The position numbers and the translations under genes were made by a program. A stretch of 63,652 bases of DNA, counting the filler, from Lama guanicoe (taxonomy: Eukaryota): assembly GCA_013239625.1 (NCBI GenBank). It is 136 parts of 136 records of this genome, joined end to end, with 100 filler letters (N's around TTAATTAATTAA, not from the genome) between each part and the next. Parts side by side here need not be neighbours in the genome. Positions count along the whole stretch, not along the records: positions 51,540 to 51,909 come from PNXV01058498.1; positions 52,010 to 52,379 come from PNXV01058499.1; positions 52,480 to 52,849 come from PNXV01058500.1; positions 52,950 to 53,319 come from PNXV01058501.1; positions 53,420 to 53,789 come from PNXV01058502.1; positions 53,890 to 54,259 come from PNXV01058503.1; positions 54,360 to 54,729 come from PNXV01058504.1; positions 54,830 to 55,199 come from PNXV01058505.1; 128 more parts are not named here. One strand, given 5' to 3'. Positions 51,440 through 63,652 of the stretch are shown piece by piece (the first letter of the stretch is position 1; each line of letters begins with the position of its first letter). The notes under the pieces are model-generated. The model made no database searches, had not been told where the DNA came from, and saw nothing but the letters and a program-made list of their open reading frames with translations.

Positions 51440-52479
51440 NNNNNNNNNNNNNNNNNNNNNNNNNNNNNNNNNNNNNNNNNNNNTTAATTAATTAANNNNN
51501 NNNNNNNNNNNNNNNNNNNNNNNNNNNNNNNNNNNNNNNTCTGCCCATGGTCACGTGCCAGGCCCTCAGCCCTCCTGGGAGCTGTCCCAGAGTGCCCTGC
51601 CTAGGAGAAGGCCCAGATCAGACTCTGCCAGGGATGCAGGTGCCAGTGTGGTTCCCCAACAAACTTCTCCAGGGTGAGGCCTCGATCGGTGTCTGTGATG
51701 TGCTGTCCCTGCCTGAGCACGGAGCTCACAGAACAAGGGCAAAGACAGCCACGGGGCCCACCTTTGCAGTGCTCAGGGTCTCATCCAGCCCTCCCTTGAG
51801 CCCCTCATCCTTGTTATGCCCTGGGGAGATGGGTTAAGGAAGGTGGGTCCTCGGGCCTCAGGTGGCAGGGAGGACTCAGGCCCAGGTCCGGTTTCTTGGC
51901 CCACCCAGGNNNNNNNNNNNNNNNNNNNNNNNNNNNNNNNNNNNNNNNNNNNNTTAATTAATTAANNNNNNNNNNNNNNNNNNNNNNNNNNNNNNNNNNN
52001 NNNNNNNNNTGTTAAAACTGTGCCAAACATGAGTGACGTCACTGAAAACAGCAGAGAAGGCAGGTCCAGGGGCCCATCCTTCCCCAGAAACATGAAAAAA
52101 TCCAGTAAAAATTGTCAGAACTAACTTTGTCAGAACTGCGGGAAACAGTCCAAGGCTTAACTCAGGGGAACAGGTCAGAAAGGCCGGGCAGTGCTGGGAC
52201 ACCAGTACTCTCCGGCTTCCCATCCTCCAGCCAGACCCCTGTGAGGTGCCAGTGCAGCTATGAAGTTGTTCCTGTTACTTTTCAAACTAAGGTGACATAA
52301 CTCATACTGTGTCTATTCTGTAAGTCTGCCAAGTGTCAACCAGGCAGCTTTTCAACAGGACACAAATAATTTACACCTTNNNNNNNNNNNNNNNNNNNNN
52401 NNNNNNNNNNNNNNNNNNNNNNNTTAATTAATTAANNNNNNNNNNNNNNNNNNNNNNNNNNNNNNNNNNNNNNNNNNNN

Positions 52480-52596
52480 GGGGGGGTGATATTAAGTTTA
52501 TTTTTATCTATTTATTTATGTAATGGTACTAGGGATCAAACCCAGGAACTTGTGCATGCTAAGCACAAACCCTGCCACTGAGCTATACCTTCCCCC
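52480..52596 (-). mobile_element. tRNA-Ala-derived SINE, near full length
   Basis: Minus strand gggggaaggtatagctcagtggcagggtttgtgcttagcatgcacaagttcctgggtttgatccctagtacc plus AT tail. Confidence 0.88.
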
Positions 52597-53019
52597 AAGT
52601 CAATTACTTTTTAAAGAGATTTCTATCATGTGTCATTTATGGTTCTGTTTCTATTGGTTGATTCTTCTCTTCATTGTGGGTGTTATTTTTCTGCTTGTCT
52701 GTATGTATATTAAGTTTTAGCTGGATACTGGACATCGTGAATGTCACCTTGTTGAATGCTGGATATTTCTGTATTCCTATAATGTTCTTGAACTTTATTT
52801 GGTATGCAGGTAAGCTTTTTCAAAATGATTTGATCTTTTCAAGGCTTGTNNNNNNNNNNNNNNNNNNNNNNNNNNNNNNNNNNNNNNNNNNNNTTAATTA
52901 ATTAANNNNNNNNNNNNNNNNNNNNNNNNNNNNNNNNNNNNNNNNNNNNTACCTCCCTCTTTGAAACACAGAAGTCCACACAGAAGAGTTGAAGAAATAA
53001 CAACAATAATTAAAGAAAA

Positions 53020-53160
53020 CAGTAGTTTTATTGCGTTTACTATGTGCCAAGCACCGTTCAGAGTACTTTACATATGTTAACTCATTCAGCTCTCACTGTA
53101 CCCCTATGGGGTTGGTGTGATTATCATTCCCCTTGTGCTGATGGGGAAACCAAGGGACTG
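53020..53160 (-). mobile_element. MIR SINE
   Basis: tttattgcgtttactatgtgccaagcaccgttc...taactcattcagctctcac...tgctgatggggaaaccaagg. Confidence 0.75.
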
Positions 53161-56100
53161 CAGGGCTGCCAGTCCTGCACATCCATGTTGGGGGTGAAGG
53201 GAGGGGGGAATTCAGAACCCTCCCAAGGACGGCTATGGCAAAAATGTGGCTGAAGACCCTTCATTCTTATGGAGACGGATGCCCCAGATCCCCTTCATGG
53301 GCCTCTTTTGGGTTAGAATNNNNNNNNNNNNNNNNNNNNNNNNNNNNNNNNNNNNNNNNNNNNTTAATTAATTAANNNNNNNNNNNNNNNNNNNNNNNNN
53401 NNNNNNNNNNNNNNNNNNNCTCATTTTTGCAGCTACTTTTATCTGTGTGTACTTGTGCAGAGGGAAATTGAGAATGCTGTATCCCAGCAACTATTCAATT
53501 ACAGCAAGTTTAATTAAAAGTTAAACAATTGCATATTTTGTTCTATTCTCCGGATCACCGTTATTTGTACTTTAAGATGTTAATACCCTTCTTTTTTCCC
53601 ATATACTAGAATTTATGGTAAAGTTACATGGCTATATTTATGGAGGTTCTTTTGGTTTTTTTGTTGTTTTTGTAAAATCAGTTTGGAGCCATTAACTGTT
53701 GCTTCACTACTGGAGGACATTCATTTATTCTACAACTGTTGAAGATAAAAACTATCACAATGAGGTCAATATTGCTAAAAGCTTCTTTTNNNNNNNNNNN
53801 NNNNNNNNNNNNNNNNNNNNNNNNNNNNNNNNNTTAATTAATTAANNNNNNNNNNNNNNNNNNNNNNNNNNNNNNNNNNNNNNNNNNNNAATATACATCA
53901 GTTAATTAGTTCATTGTTGACAGTAAGATAGATGTTTATTTTTGATTAAAAATAAAACATGTACAGTATGTCTATCTAGTTCACCTAATTTTAAACTTCA
54001 CAACTACACAGGTACTCTTTCCCTCCCATGCCACCAAGAAGCAAACAATACGAAAGTATAGCTAATAGAAAGTGTAATATTAAAATAGTTTTAAAACATA
54101 GTTCAAAACTGCTTCTGCACTCCTCCTTCCCCAGTTGGAGAATACTGTCAATGATGTAAAGTACAGAAAGGGAACAAATGGGATATGAAATTGACCAGCA
54201 CAATTTTTAGCAAGTTTCAAAACAAATTTCAGTGGTTTAAGAAAACATCAATAACTGCCNNNNNNNNNNNNNNNNNNNNNNNNNNNNNNNNNNNNNNNNN
54301 NNNTTAATTAATTAANNNNNNNNNNNNNNNNNNNNNNNNNNNNNNNNNNNNNNNNNNNNAGGAGGGTTTATATCTGAATGGGATCCAGCCCTGAAGCATT
54401 CATCAAGAGATCACCCATGGGACGTCATTAGAACTCCCTCCAGAGGTGCTGACGAAAGTCACATCTTAATGAAGCGGGTCTTAATTTATGGGTTAATCAT
54501 TAGATGTACACAGTGTCTTTTAGAAAATGCAAAAACACATCGTATTGATTTTGATACTGAAAGTAGTTCTTGGGCAGATAAAAAGCTATTCCTCTCTTTG
54601 TACTAAAAGATCTCTGCCATGTGTCTGCGTACCTTATCCTCAGCTGGGATAATGTTTCCCTCGTCTGAGTGCCCACTGTTGGTTGTCTCTGCCTCTCTTG
54701 TGGTCCACGCCTCCTTTCATAACTTTTCTNNNNNNNNNNNNNNNNNNNNNNNNNNNNNNNNNNNNNNNNNNNNTTAATTAATTAANNNNNNNNNNNNNNN
54801 NNNNNNNNNNNNNNNNNNNNNNNNNNNNNTTTTTTTTTTTTTTAAGGCATTTCAGTGGTGGCCAAAGCCTCGCTGGGCGGGCTGCAGGCACTAGGGCGGA
54901 GTCTGTGGGAACGATGTGGACTTCTCAGGGCCCCTCTGGTAGCCCTGCTCAGACTGCTCCTTGCTTTGCAAATGCAGCCTCTGGGGCAGAGTTTCTGAAC
55001 CTCTTACTGTCTTAGAACTTGCATATTTATCAAATGTGAGAATACTTTGTGTTACACTATCTGATTAGGGCTGCTAGGCGTTGTTTTATTTTGGTTGAGC
55101 ACTTAATTCCACAAATATTTATTGAGCACCTGTGATGCGCTGGGAATAATAATAATGAAAACATACGTAGTGTAACTCTTCCAGGCCTTCTAAGTATTTN
55201 NNNNNNNNNNNNNNNNNNNNNNNNNNNNNNNNNNNNNNNNNNNTTAATTAATTAANNNNNNNNNNNNNNNNNNNNNNNNNNNNNNNNNNNNNNNNNNNNG
55301 GTAAGAAAATCAGATCAGCCACGGGGAAGAAATCAAGAGCCCAGCAATCATGCCATGAGTCAAGGTATGAATGGAGCACGTTCTATGGCAAGTTCTATGA
55401 AGGCAAGGAGGTTTGTCTGTTTTGTTCACTGCTATAACCAGAGGAGAACATATTAGGCACCCAGGGGACATTTGCTTGATGAATCTATACATACAACACA
55501 AGAGCAAACCAAAGACAGAGCAGATAGTCATACAGAGGATGACTAGAAAGCAAACTGATCAGTGAAAAATAAATCAAGCAGGCACACAGACAGGAATAAG
55601 AAAATCCCAAAACATGAGAGCAAGGAAAGCAATAAAGACCGTTATAATCAAGCTGACTTTAAAAAAAAANNNNNNNNNNNNNNNNNNNNNNNNNNNNNNN
55701 NNNNNNNNNNNNNTTAATTAATTAANNNNNNNNNNNNNNNNNNNNNNNNNNNNNNNNNNNNNNNNNNNNAAGCAGTTGCTTTTTGAGCTTGGTTCTCTGT
55801 GCCCTTTATGAAACATCCACACATAACCAAAATGAGAAAACAGCCCCACCCACCCCACAAATCCACTACCATTAAGAAAAAAATCTCTTCCCATGTGGGC
55901 TGCCAAGCTCAAAACTTCCTGAATTAGGAGAAACAGCCTCAAACTTCGGTTTGAGTTACATTAAATCTAACACGCGGGAGGCAACGGGGCTTCCTGGAAA
56001 TTCTCAAAAGGAAGGAAGTCACGGCTTATGGAGACGGCCTGATATCTAGACATGAAAAGCCATAAAATGCAACAGAAGAACGTGGAAGGGAAAACACAGC

Positions 56101-56805
56101 CACCCTACCCGTGGCATGTGCTGTGGTTGGGACTGGGGCNNNNNNNNNNNNNNNNNNNNNNNNNNNNNNNNNNNNNNNNNNNNTTAATTAATTAANNNNN
56201 NNNNNNNNNNNNNNNNNNNNNNNNNNNNNNNNNNNNNNNTCTGGTCTATGTATCAGTTTTTAAGCTCAGTTCAATTCAGGTGTTTCACCTATTACGACCG
56301 GAAGCTCTGTTAGAGCTTAGCTGTAGCTTAGCCAAATAACAGCGAAGTACTTCCTCGTGTTTAGAAACATTTTAATGACTCCAGTATCATTTGTTGAACT
56401 TTGAGAATGTTTTCCAAAAATCTAAATATTGATTTACATTACAATTTACCAGAATCCTCAGTTATTTAAACTTTTGTGTTGAAAGGAAACCAAACTGTAA
56501 TTACTTCTCTGTAATCTTCAAATAACTTTATCTATGTTAGGCCAAAAGTTATCCTATTTGGGTTTTCCTAGGTTTTGACTAGTTTTTTACCTTCTTGTAA
56601 TACACTCTTNNNNNNNNNNNNNNNNNNNNNNNNNNNNNNNNNNNNNNNNNNNNTTAATTAATTAANNNNNNNNNNNNNNNNNNNNNNNNNNNNNNNNNNN
56701 NNNNNNNNNGGGGGATGGCTTCTCTCTGCCCAGATCCTCTCAGGAGAAGGCAGACTCAGCAGATGGGTGGGATCATTCCGACCGCAGGCAGGATTTGGGG
56801 AAGGC

Positions 56806-57042
56806 TTACTTCACGGCCTTCCCCATGATGTGCGGCCCAACAGGCAACCACTTTAAGGGAGGGGGCTGTCGTTCCATTTGGAGTTCAGAGAACTGGGCAC
56901 TTTCCAGATCTTTCCAGGTCTCTCTGGTGAGGCGGCAGCCATCCCCGATGTGCTTCCAGGTGGGCTCGGCAACTTGCTGCCACAGGAAGGCCCAGCTCCC
57001 ACGCGGCTCAGCCACGTGCTCCCAGAAAAAGAACAATCCTCC
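56806..57042 (-). CDS. METTL7B: Thiol methyltransferase 1B (METTL7B/TMT1B), terminal coding exon, intact
   Basis: Acceptor ctcttctctcccAG, then GGLFFFWEHVAEPRGSWAFLWQQVAEPTWKHIGDGCRLTRETWKDLESAQFSELQMERQPPPLKWLPVGPHIMGKAVK*, matching the METTL7B C-terminus. Confidence 0.95.
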   Translation of the reverse strand, partial: GGLFFFWEHVAEPRGSWAFLWQQVAEPTWKHIGDGCRLTRETWKDLESAQFSELQMERQPPPLKWLPVGPHIMGKAVK

Positions 57043-57212
57043 CTGGGAGAGAAGAGCGTGTCACTCACCTGCTCCTCCCNNNNNNNNNNNNNNNNNNNNN
57101 NNNNNNNNNNNNNNNNNNNNNNNTTAATTAATTAANNNNNNNNNNNNNNNNNNNNNNNNNNNNNNNNNNNNNNNNNNNNGAGGGGAGGCAATGGGACCCT
57201 CACAGAAACGAT

Positions 57213-57465
57213 GGGCACCTGAAGAAAGAGGCAAAGACTGGGGTGATGCATCCATGAGCCAACGAACACCAAGGATTGCCAGCGACCAGCAGAGCCAGGG
57301 GAGAGGCACGGGACAGAGCCCCTCTCAGCATCTCCAGAAGGACCCACCCTGCCAACACACTGCTGTGGACTTGCGGCCTCCAGCACCGCGACAGAATAAA
57401 TTCCTGCTCTTACGAGCCACCCGGCTTGCAGCACTTTGCTAGGGCAGCACAAGCCGACTAAGACA
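57213..57465 (+). mobile_element. MaLR LTR (MLT1 family)
   Basis: gaggcaaagactggggtgatgcatcca...caccaaggattgccagc...ggcctccagcaccgcgacagaataaattcctg...actaagaCA. Confidence 0.88.
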
Positions 57466-60400
57466 GACCCTTAGAAGAGGGTCTGGGGCAGTAAGTGCTG
57501 TGTGTCAACTCGTGCCATTAATTGCTTGTTTGATGTCTGTCTTCACCATNNNNNNNNNNNNNNNNNNNNNNNNNNNNNNNNNNNNNNNNNNNNTTAATTA
57601 ATTAANNNNNNNNNNNNNNNNNNNNNNNNNNNNNNNNNNNNNNNNNNNNTTTTTCCCTCTGGTGGCACGTGTAGTGTTTGTGAAACAGCGCATGAAATGT
57701 CATCAAACAGATTCTGTGACTCTACTGTCCTAATCACCAGCTACTTCAGCCTACTCTTTTGTGACTCAGAGAGGCCTAGGGGACTTCAGCTTTCCTACAA
57801 ACAAGATACAGGGTTTGGGGAGCCCCACAGGATCCTGCTCAGCTCCAGTATAAACCATGAAATTTCCTCTTCCTCCCAGACCAACATATTTTTTTTAATT
57901 CTTGGAAGAGCATATAAAATACAAAGTATGGATGTAATATATAAAATAACACCCTAGATGAAAAAGATCATACTGTATAGCATAGGGAATATATGCAAGA
58001 TCTTGTGGTAGCTCACAGCNNNNNNNNNNNNNNNNNNNNNNNNNNNNNNNNNNNNNNNNNNNNTTAATTAATTAANNNNNNNNNNNNNNNNNNNNNNNNN
58101 NNNNNNNNNNNNNNNNNNNTTTCCCCCCAGAACCCTTCCTGCAGCTGGCTCTCCTCCCAGCCCCGGCTTTGGTTTAGAGGGATGGCGCGTGCCCGTCTCC
58201 TCTCCCGTGTCCCGTCCCCACCCCCACCGTGTAACGGGGAGACTGTTTCACTGTGGTCTCTCCGCTTGGCCTCACTTTCACGGTTGGATTTCACCTGACC
58301 TCTCCTGAGTAGGGTACATTCACCCCTCAGCCTCCTTGTTGGCAGCGTTCTAACATCTCCCCAAAGCAAATTCAGTGTCACAAACCTTTGGCCAGCAATG
58401 TCAGTTTACCTGAAGACTTCCGGGGGAGGCGGTCTGAATCACTCACTGCACAGCAAAACCCCTCTGTTCGCCTCCAGTTTCTCCCAGCCNNNNNNNNNNN
58501 NNNNNNNNNNNNNNNNNNNNNNNNNNNNNNNNNTTAATTAATTAANNNNNNNNNNNNNNNNNNNNNNNNNNNNNNNNNNNNNNNNNNNNTCTTTACTGTG
58601 TGTTGGGATTAAGGCAGATTTGACAGGTCGCATTTTAAGCTCTTAACTAGTTCAAAGGACAAGACAGCAATGATGTAGATAAGATAGCTCAAATATACCA
58701 CCTAAATGAGCATTAGCCCTAACGTACAGGACTTATGAGACATTATAAGAAAGGTTGAATTTTCTACCACGGGACACTTCCAAAATGTTTGCCACCTTCT
58801 CCTAGTGGAGATGAGGTCACAGCGGGGAGACGCCCATCACCTCATTCCTACGAGGATTTCCCACCTGGACTAAGCCTCAGAATTACACTCTTCATAAAAT
58901 GTGGGTTCGAGATTTGCAGATACTAACTACTATGTATAAAATAGGTAAACAACAAGGTCNNNNNNNNNNNNNNNNNNNNNNNNNNNNNNNNNNNNNNNNN
59001 NNNTTAATTAATTAANNNNNNNNNNNNNNNNNNNNNNNNNNNNNNNNNNNNNNNNNNNNATTAGATTGAATGAACTACTAATGCATGTGACAACTTGGAT
59101 GGATCACAAGGTACTGCATGATTTCACTTATATATCATTCTCAAAATGACAAAATTACACTGATGGAGAATAGGTCTGTGGTCGCTGGGACTTGGGGCCA
59201 AGGTAGTGGTGTGATGGAACAGTGCCATATCCTGATTGCAGTAATGCTTACACTAATCTATACATTTGATACCATTCACAGAGCTTTATGCCAAGAGGGA
59301 AAAATCAAATTTTACAGGGTGATAATTTGAAAAAAATTAAAAATTAAAAATCATGCACACACACAGTATTCCACGACATACCTATTCAAATGGCTGAAGT
59401 CTATAGAATTTATTTTACTTTTTTTTTTTNNNNNNNNNNNNNNNNNNNNNNNNNNNNNNNNNNNNNNNNNNNNTTAATTAATTAANNNNNNNNNNNNNNN
59501 NNNNNNNNNNNNNNNNNNNNNNNNNNNNNGAGTTCCTCACCTGTGACACAAACCCACTGTGTGTGCAGCATCCATTGGGTCCTACTCTGCATCTCCCTCC
59601 ATGGAAACTGGGGGACAAGAAAAAACAGATGCAGACATGAAGGTCAAACTGCCTGCCATGTAGCTGCGCTCAACCCAAGAGTCCCCAGTCTTCTACCAAC
59701 ATTTATGAAACTGTGACAAGATAAATTGTTAGGTTGCATTAAGATAAAACCTCAATTTCTCCATAATAGTTAGCTATTTTCAAAGAACTACTTTTCTTTT
59801 CTTTTTTTGGCAAGAGTACTTCTAGATATAAAACATAAATAGCTGTTTGGCTTATTCTGATTTTGTAAATCAAAGCCACATTCATATATATATATATATN
59901 NNNNNNNNNNNNNNNNNNNNNNNNNNNNNNNNNNNNNNNNNNNTTAATTAATTAANNNNNNNNNNNNNNNNNNNNNNNNNNNNNNNNNNNNNNNNNNNNC
60001 TAAGAAGCTGGAGGAGGTGCCGGGAGGGTGTGGGAAGCCGACTAAGAGGTGGTTGAGGGATAGCGGGTGGCAAGGCCGACGGGGATAGGGCGAAGGAGCT
60101 TCCCGACTGAGGGAAGCACGCGGGTGGAGGGAACGGAGAGCCGGAGCCGGAGGAGTGGGTTGGATGGGGAACCGGATGAGCCGCGCGGAGTGGGACCACC
60201 ACGTGTGCAGAGTGGGGACGACTCGGGGTTGACCTTGATAGAATGAGGGAGGGTTTTGAAAAGCTAGACCCCAGACCCAACTCAAACATCCCTCTAGAGA
60301 TGATCCAGACCTCGCTTCTAGCCTGGGGATGTCAGCGGCCGGACAGGGCGTGGAGCATCCAAACTGAGCNNNNNNNNNNNNNNNNNNNNNNNNNNNNNNN

Positions 60401-62820
60401 NNNNNNNNNNNNNTTAATTAATTAANNNNNNNNNNNNNNNNNNNNNNNNNNNNNNNNNNNNNNNNNNNNAAAAAAAAAAAAAAATTTCATGTAGTTCTTC
60501 TGGCTTCAAAGATAAGTTTTAATTGTGTGACTTCAACTACATAGAGGGCATCAATTTCTAGCCAGGATATGAAGGAGAAATGGAGGCAGGCTGCTCATGA
60601 TCACATTTTCCCTGAGAGGCTGAAGTGACACTTCAGGGACATCTGGTCTACCAGGGTTGTCAGGCCCCTACCCCTGCCACCCCAAGGGAGGGAACAAAAG
60701 TGAGTAGCTGCAAGTACACATTCCTAAGACATGCCTGGTGCTTTTCTCAATTTTAAAATAATTATTGCCCAAACAATGCATAGTCATTGTAGAAAAATCA
60801 GAAAATACAGATTAGCAAAAAGAGGAAAACTCAGAATGCNNNNNNNNNNNNNNNNNNNNNNNNNNNNNNNNNNNNNNNNNNNNTTAATTAATTAANNNNN
60901 NNNNNNNNNNNNNNNNNNNNNNNNNNNNNNNNNNNNNNNCCTACTGTCTGAACACCTTGAATTTTCAATTGTTCATCAAATTTCATGTTGTTGGGTGTTG
61001 GGTTTTGTTGTGCTAGCTTAAATAATGTTTTATATTTAATGATATGCAATTAAGTTACATGGCCTCACTTGGGTCATTTCAGGTTGTGGATTTTTTAAAA
61101 ATTAACTTTGTATCTTAGAATAGTGTTAGGTTCACAAATTATTTAGATACACTACAGTTGTAGATTAATAATTTGTAAAGTTTTTCCTCCTTATTTTTTG
61201 CACACATCTTTAGAAAGCAGTAATCCCATTTACAAGGAACCATCAAAAGAGAAATTTCTTCTTACAAAAAAATCTAGTTGACTCTAAAATATTGAGCCTT
61301 AGCTCTTTTNNNNNNNNNNNNNNNNNNNNNNNNNNNNNNNNNNNNNNNNNNNNTTAATTAATTAANNNNNNNNNNNNNNNNNNNNNNNNNNNNNNNNNNN
61401 NNNNNNNNNTCTGCTCCTCAATGGGAATGTTCATTTCTTTGTTTTTTTACCTTGTGAGCCAGAGCTGTCATAATTTCTGTAGCCTCAGCGTGGTACCCGG
61501 GACCTTTAAATACTTGTTGCTGGATGCGGGAAGATGAGTCTGAGCGCAGCTGAGAGATGGGACAGCATTGTGATGACGGGGTCCATCTTTGTGTGGAGGG
61601 GAGACGATAATGGGATCCTTCAAGTGGGAAGACGACTTTCACACTTAGGATCTGTCATAGTTAACTTTGTGTTTAAAGCAGTCTAGTCCATTTATTTTTT
61701 ATTTTTAATTTTTTAAAGTGAAGTATAGTCAGTTACAACTTGTCAATTTCTGGTGTCCAGCCTCATGTCCCAGTCATGCNNNNNNNNNNNNNNNNNNNNN
61801 NNNNNNNNNNNNNNNNNNNNNNNTTAATTAATTAANNNNNNNNNNNNNNNNNNNNNNNNNNNNNNNNNNNNNNNNNNNNCACAATCAATTTTTCCCTAGG
61901 CTGCTGGAATATCACGTGAAGGAGACTCTGGGCTGAACAGGAGAACCAAGATGGGTAAGGAAATAAAGCACCCTGAGCCAGCGTAGATAGAAACACTTAC
62001 CCAGGTAGGAAGAAAGCAGAAAGATGTATTTCAAAGGGTGCGACCAAGATCGGTTCCAACTGAAGACCGTTTCATGTCGTTTGTGTGTGGTTGGAAATCC
62101 CCCCACGGCCCAGGAGGTACACGCCGTCGAGGAACACTTGCCCTTCTGCGTTGTGCATTCAGCTTCTGCAAAACAGACTTGACACTTGCAGCCTGCCTCC
62201 CTCCTACCAGATTGGGAGGAGGAGCCTCCTTCAGGGCACCCTCCCCCCCGNNNNNNNNNNNNNNNNNNNNNNNNNNNNNNNNNNNNNNNNNNNNTTAATT
62301 AATTAANNNNNNNNNNNNNNNNNNNNNNNNNNNNNNNNNNNNNNNNNNNNATGTACATGAAACAAATATATGCAATTTTTGAAGGTATAGAAATAATTTT
62401 AAGAATAAATATTCTAGTTATTACTTAATACCCAGTTAGAATTCATGCCCCCATCTTTAAGCTTTTAAGTCATCAGGCACAAAGCCAAATTAAGTGTTTA
62501 TGGGTGTTTGAAAATGAACACAAAAATAATGTGACCATATGAATTGGAATACATTAACTCTTAAATAGTATATGTAATAAAATTAGTGGAAAGTATTTAA
62601 AGACATGTAAGGTAAATATTTATGTATAGAAAAACAAGATCTTTTACATACAGGATAAAGATTTATGGAATAAACAGAAGAGATTTTGAACTTGTATTAA
62701 ACATTGTTTAACTGGATAGTNNNNNNNNNNNNNNNNNNNNNNNNNNNNNNNNNNNNNNNNNNNNTTAATTAATTAANNNNNNNNNNNNNNNNNNNNNNNN
62801 NNNNNNNNNNNNNNNNNNNN

Positions 62821-62906
62821 CTCCCACACTGTTGGTGGGAATGTAGTTTTGCGCAGCCACTGTGGAAAACAGAAGGGAGATTCCTCAGAAGATGAAAAAT
62901 ACACTT
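62821..62906 (+). mobile_element. LINE-1 ORF2 C-terminal fragment
   Basis: ctcccacactgttggtgggaatgtag...cagccactgtggaaaacag...gattcctca. Confidence 0.8.
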
Positions 62907-63290
62907 GTCAAAAGCTTTGGATTCCGGGGGCAGCCTAACAAGCTCCCAAAGGCCGGGCCTCGCCCCTTCTTCTGCCGCAGCTCGCAGGTGCCCCACAGGG
63001 TCCGGGGCGGCCTCCGCTCCCAAGGCGGGCCCACCCGCGCGGGCAGGCCGTGGCCTGAGGGCCAGTCTGAGGTGCTCCGGGGCCGTCCAGCGCCCTCCCA
63101 CCTCCCGGGGCTGTTCCCACACTCCAAAGCCCGCATATGAGCGGCTGCCAAGAAAGACGCGGGGTTCAGTGAGCACTAATGTTGGGGGGGNNNNNNNNNN
63201 NNNNNNNNNNNNNNNNNNNNNNNNNNNNNNNNNNTTAATTAATTAANNNNNNNNNNNNNNNNNNNNNNNNNNNNNNNNNNNNNNNNNNNN

Positions 63291-63652
63291 GCACTAGGAA
63301 ACAGATTGAGAATCCATTGTAAGTGTTTCTCCTGCAAACCATTCCCTTTGGGCAAGAAGAACGAACATCTCTCCACATGCTCATTTATGAGAGATAAGTG
63401 TATGTGAAAGCCGTCCTTCACAAATGTTGTTGGGAACGCAATGTTTCTTTTCAGTTGGAAACTACACTACATACATATATATGGGGAGTTTTTATCTCCA
63501 AATCTGTTTTAAACTAAAAACTGCAGGAACATCAAAACGGTACTAGGAAACAGGCTGAGAACCAGAGAAAGAGTTTCCCCTGCAACACTTTCCCTTTGTG
63601 CTAGAAGAACGAAAGTCTCTCCACATGCTCAGTTCTGAGAGATAAGTGTGTG
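63291..63652. repeat. Satellite-like tandem repeat, ~248-249-bp monomer (~1.45 copies)
   Basis: actaggaaacag at 63293 and 63542; tctctccacatgctca at 63368 and 63616; copies clearly diverged. Confidence 0.88.

Noticed and set aside
51076..51495. Hydrophobic 139-aa ORF (likewise 5178-5510 and 46876-47274)
   Set aside because: Antisense L1 frames that mimic membrane proteins.

Overview
This window is not contiguous genome. It is an artificial concatenation of 136 unrelated short contigs, ordered by length (mostly 368, then 369, then 370 bp). They are joined by 135 identical 100-bp linkers, N44-TTAATTAATTAA-N44, which put a stop codon in all six frames. The DNA is mammalian and most likely camelid (alpaca/llama/camel); that assignment is inferred from a short tRNA-Ala(AGC)-derived SINE and the L1 3' ends. 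Most contigs are intronic/intergenic DNA or L1, SINE, LTR, MIR and L2 fragments. Recognisable genic pieces are the first coding exon of TPRKB, exon 1 of a CYP2J P450, the last exon of METTL7B/TMT1B, processed pseudogenes of NUDT21 and EEF1A1, and an OR5-like olfactory receptor pseudogene. Also present are an ERV LTR/PBS(Thr) junction, an ERV pol fragment that appears to lack the RT core, and three satellite-like tandem repeats (42 bp, 7 bp, ~249 bp). Neighbouring contigs are not physically linked, so no multi-gene system can be inferred, and I found no supportable novel biological system. The striking regular periodicity is an assembly artefact. All family and gene calls come from recalled sequences, not database searches.
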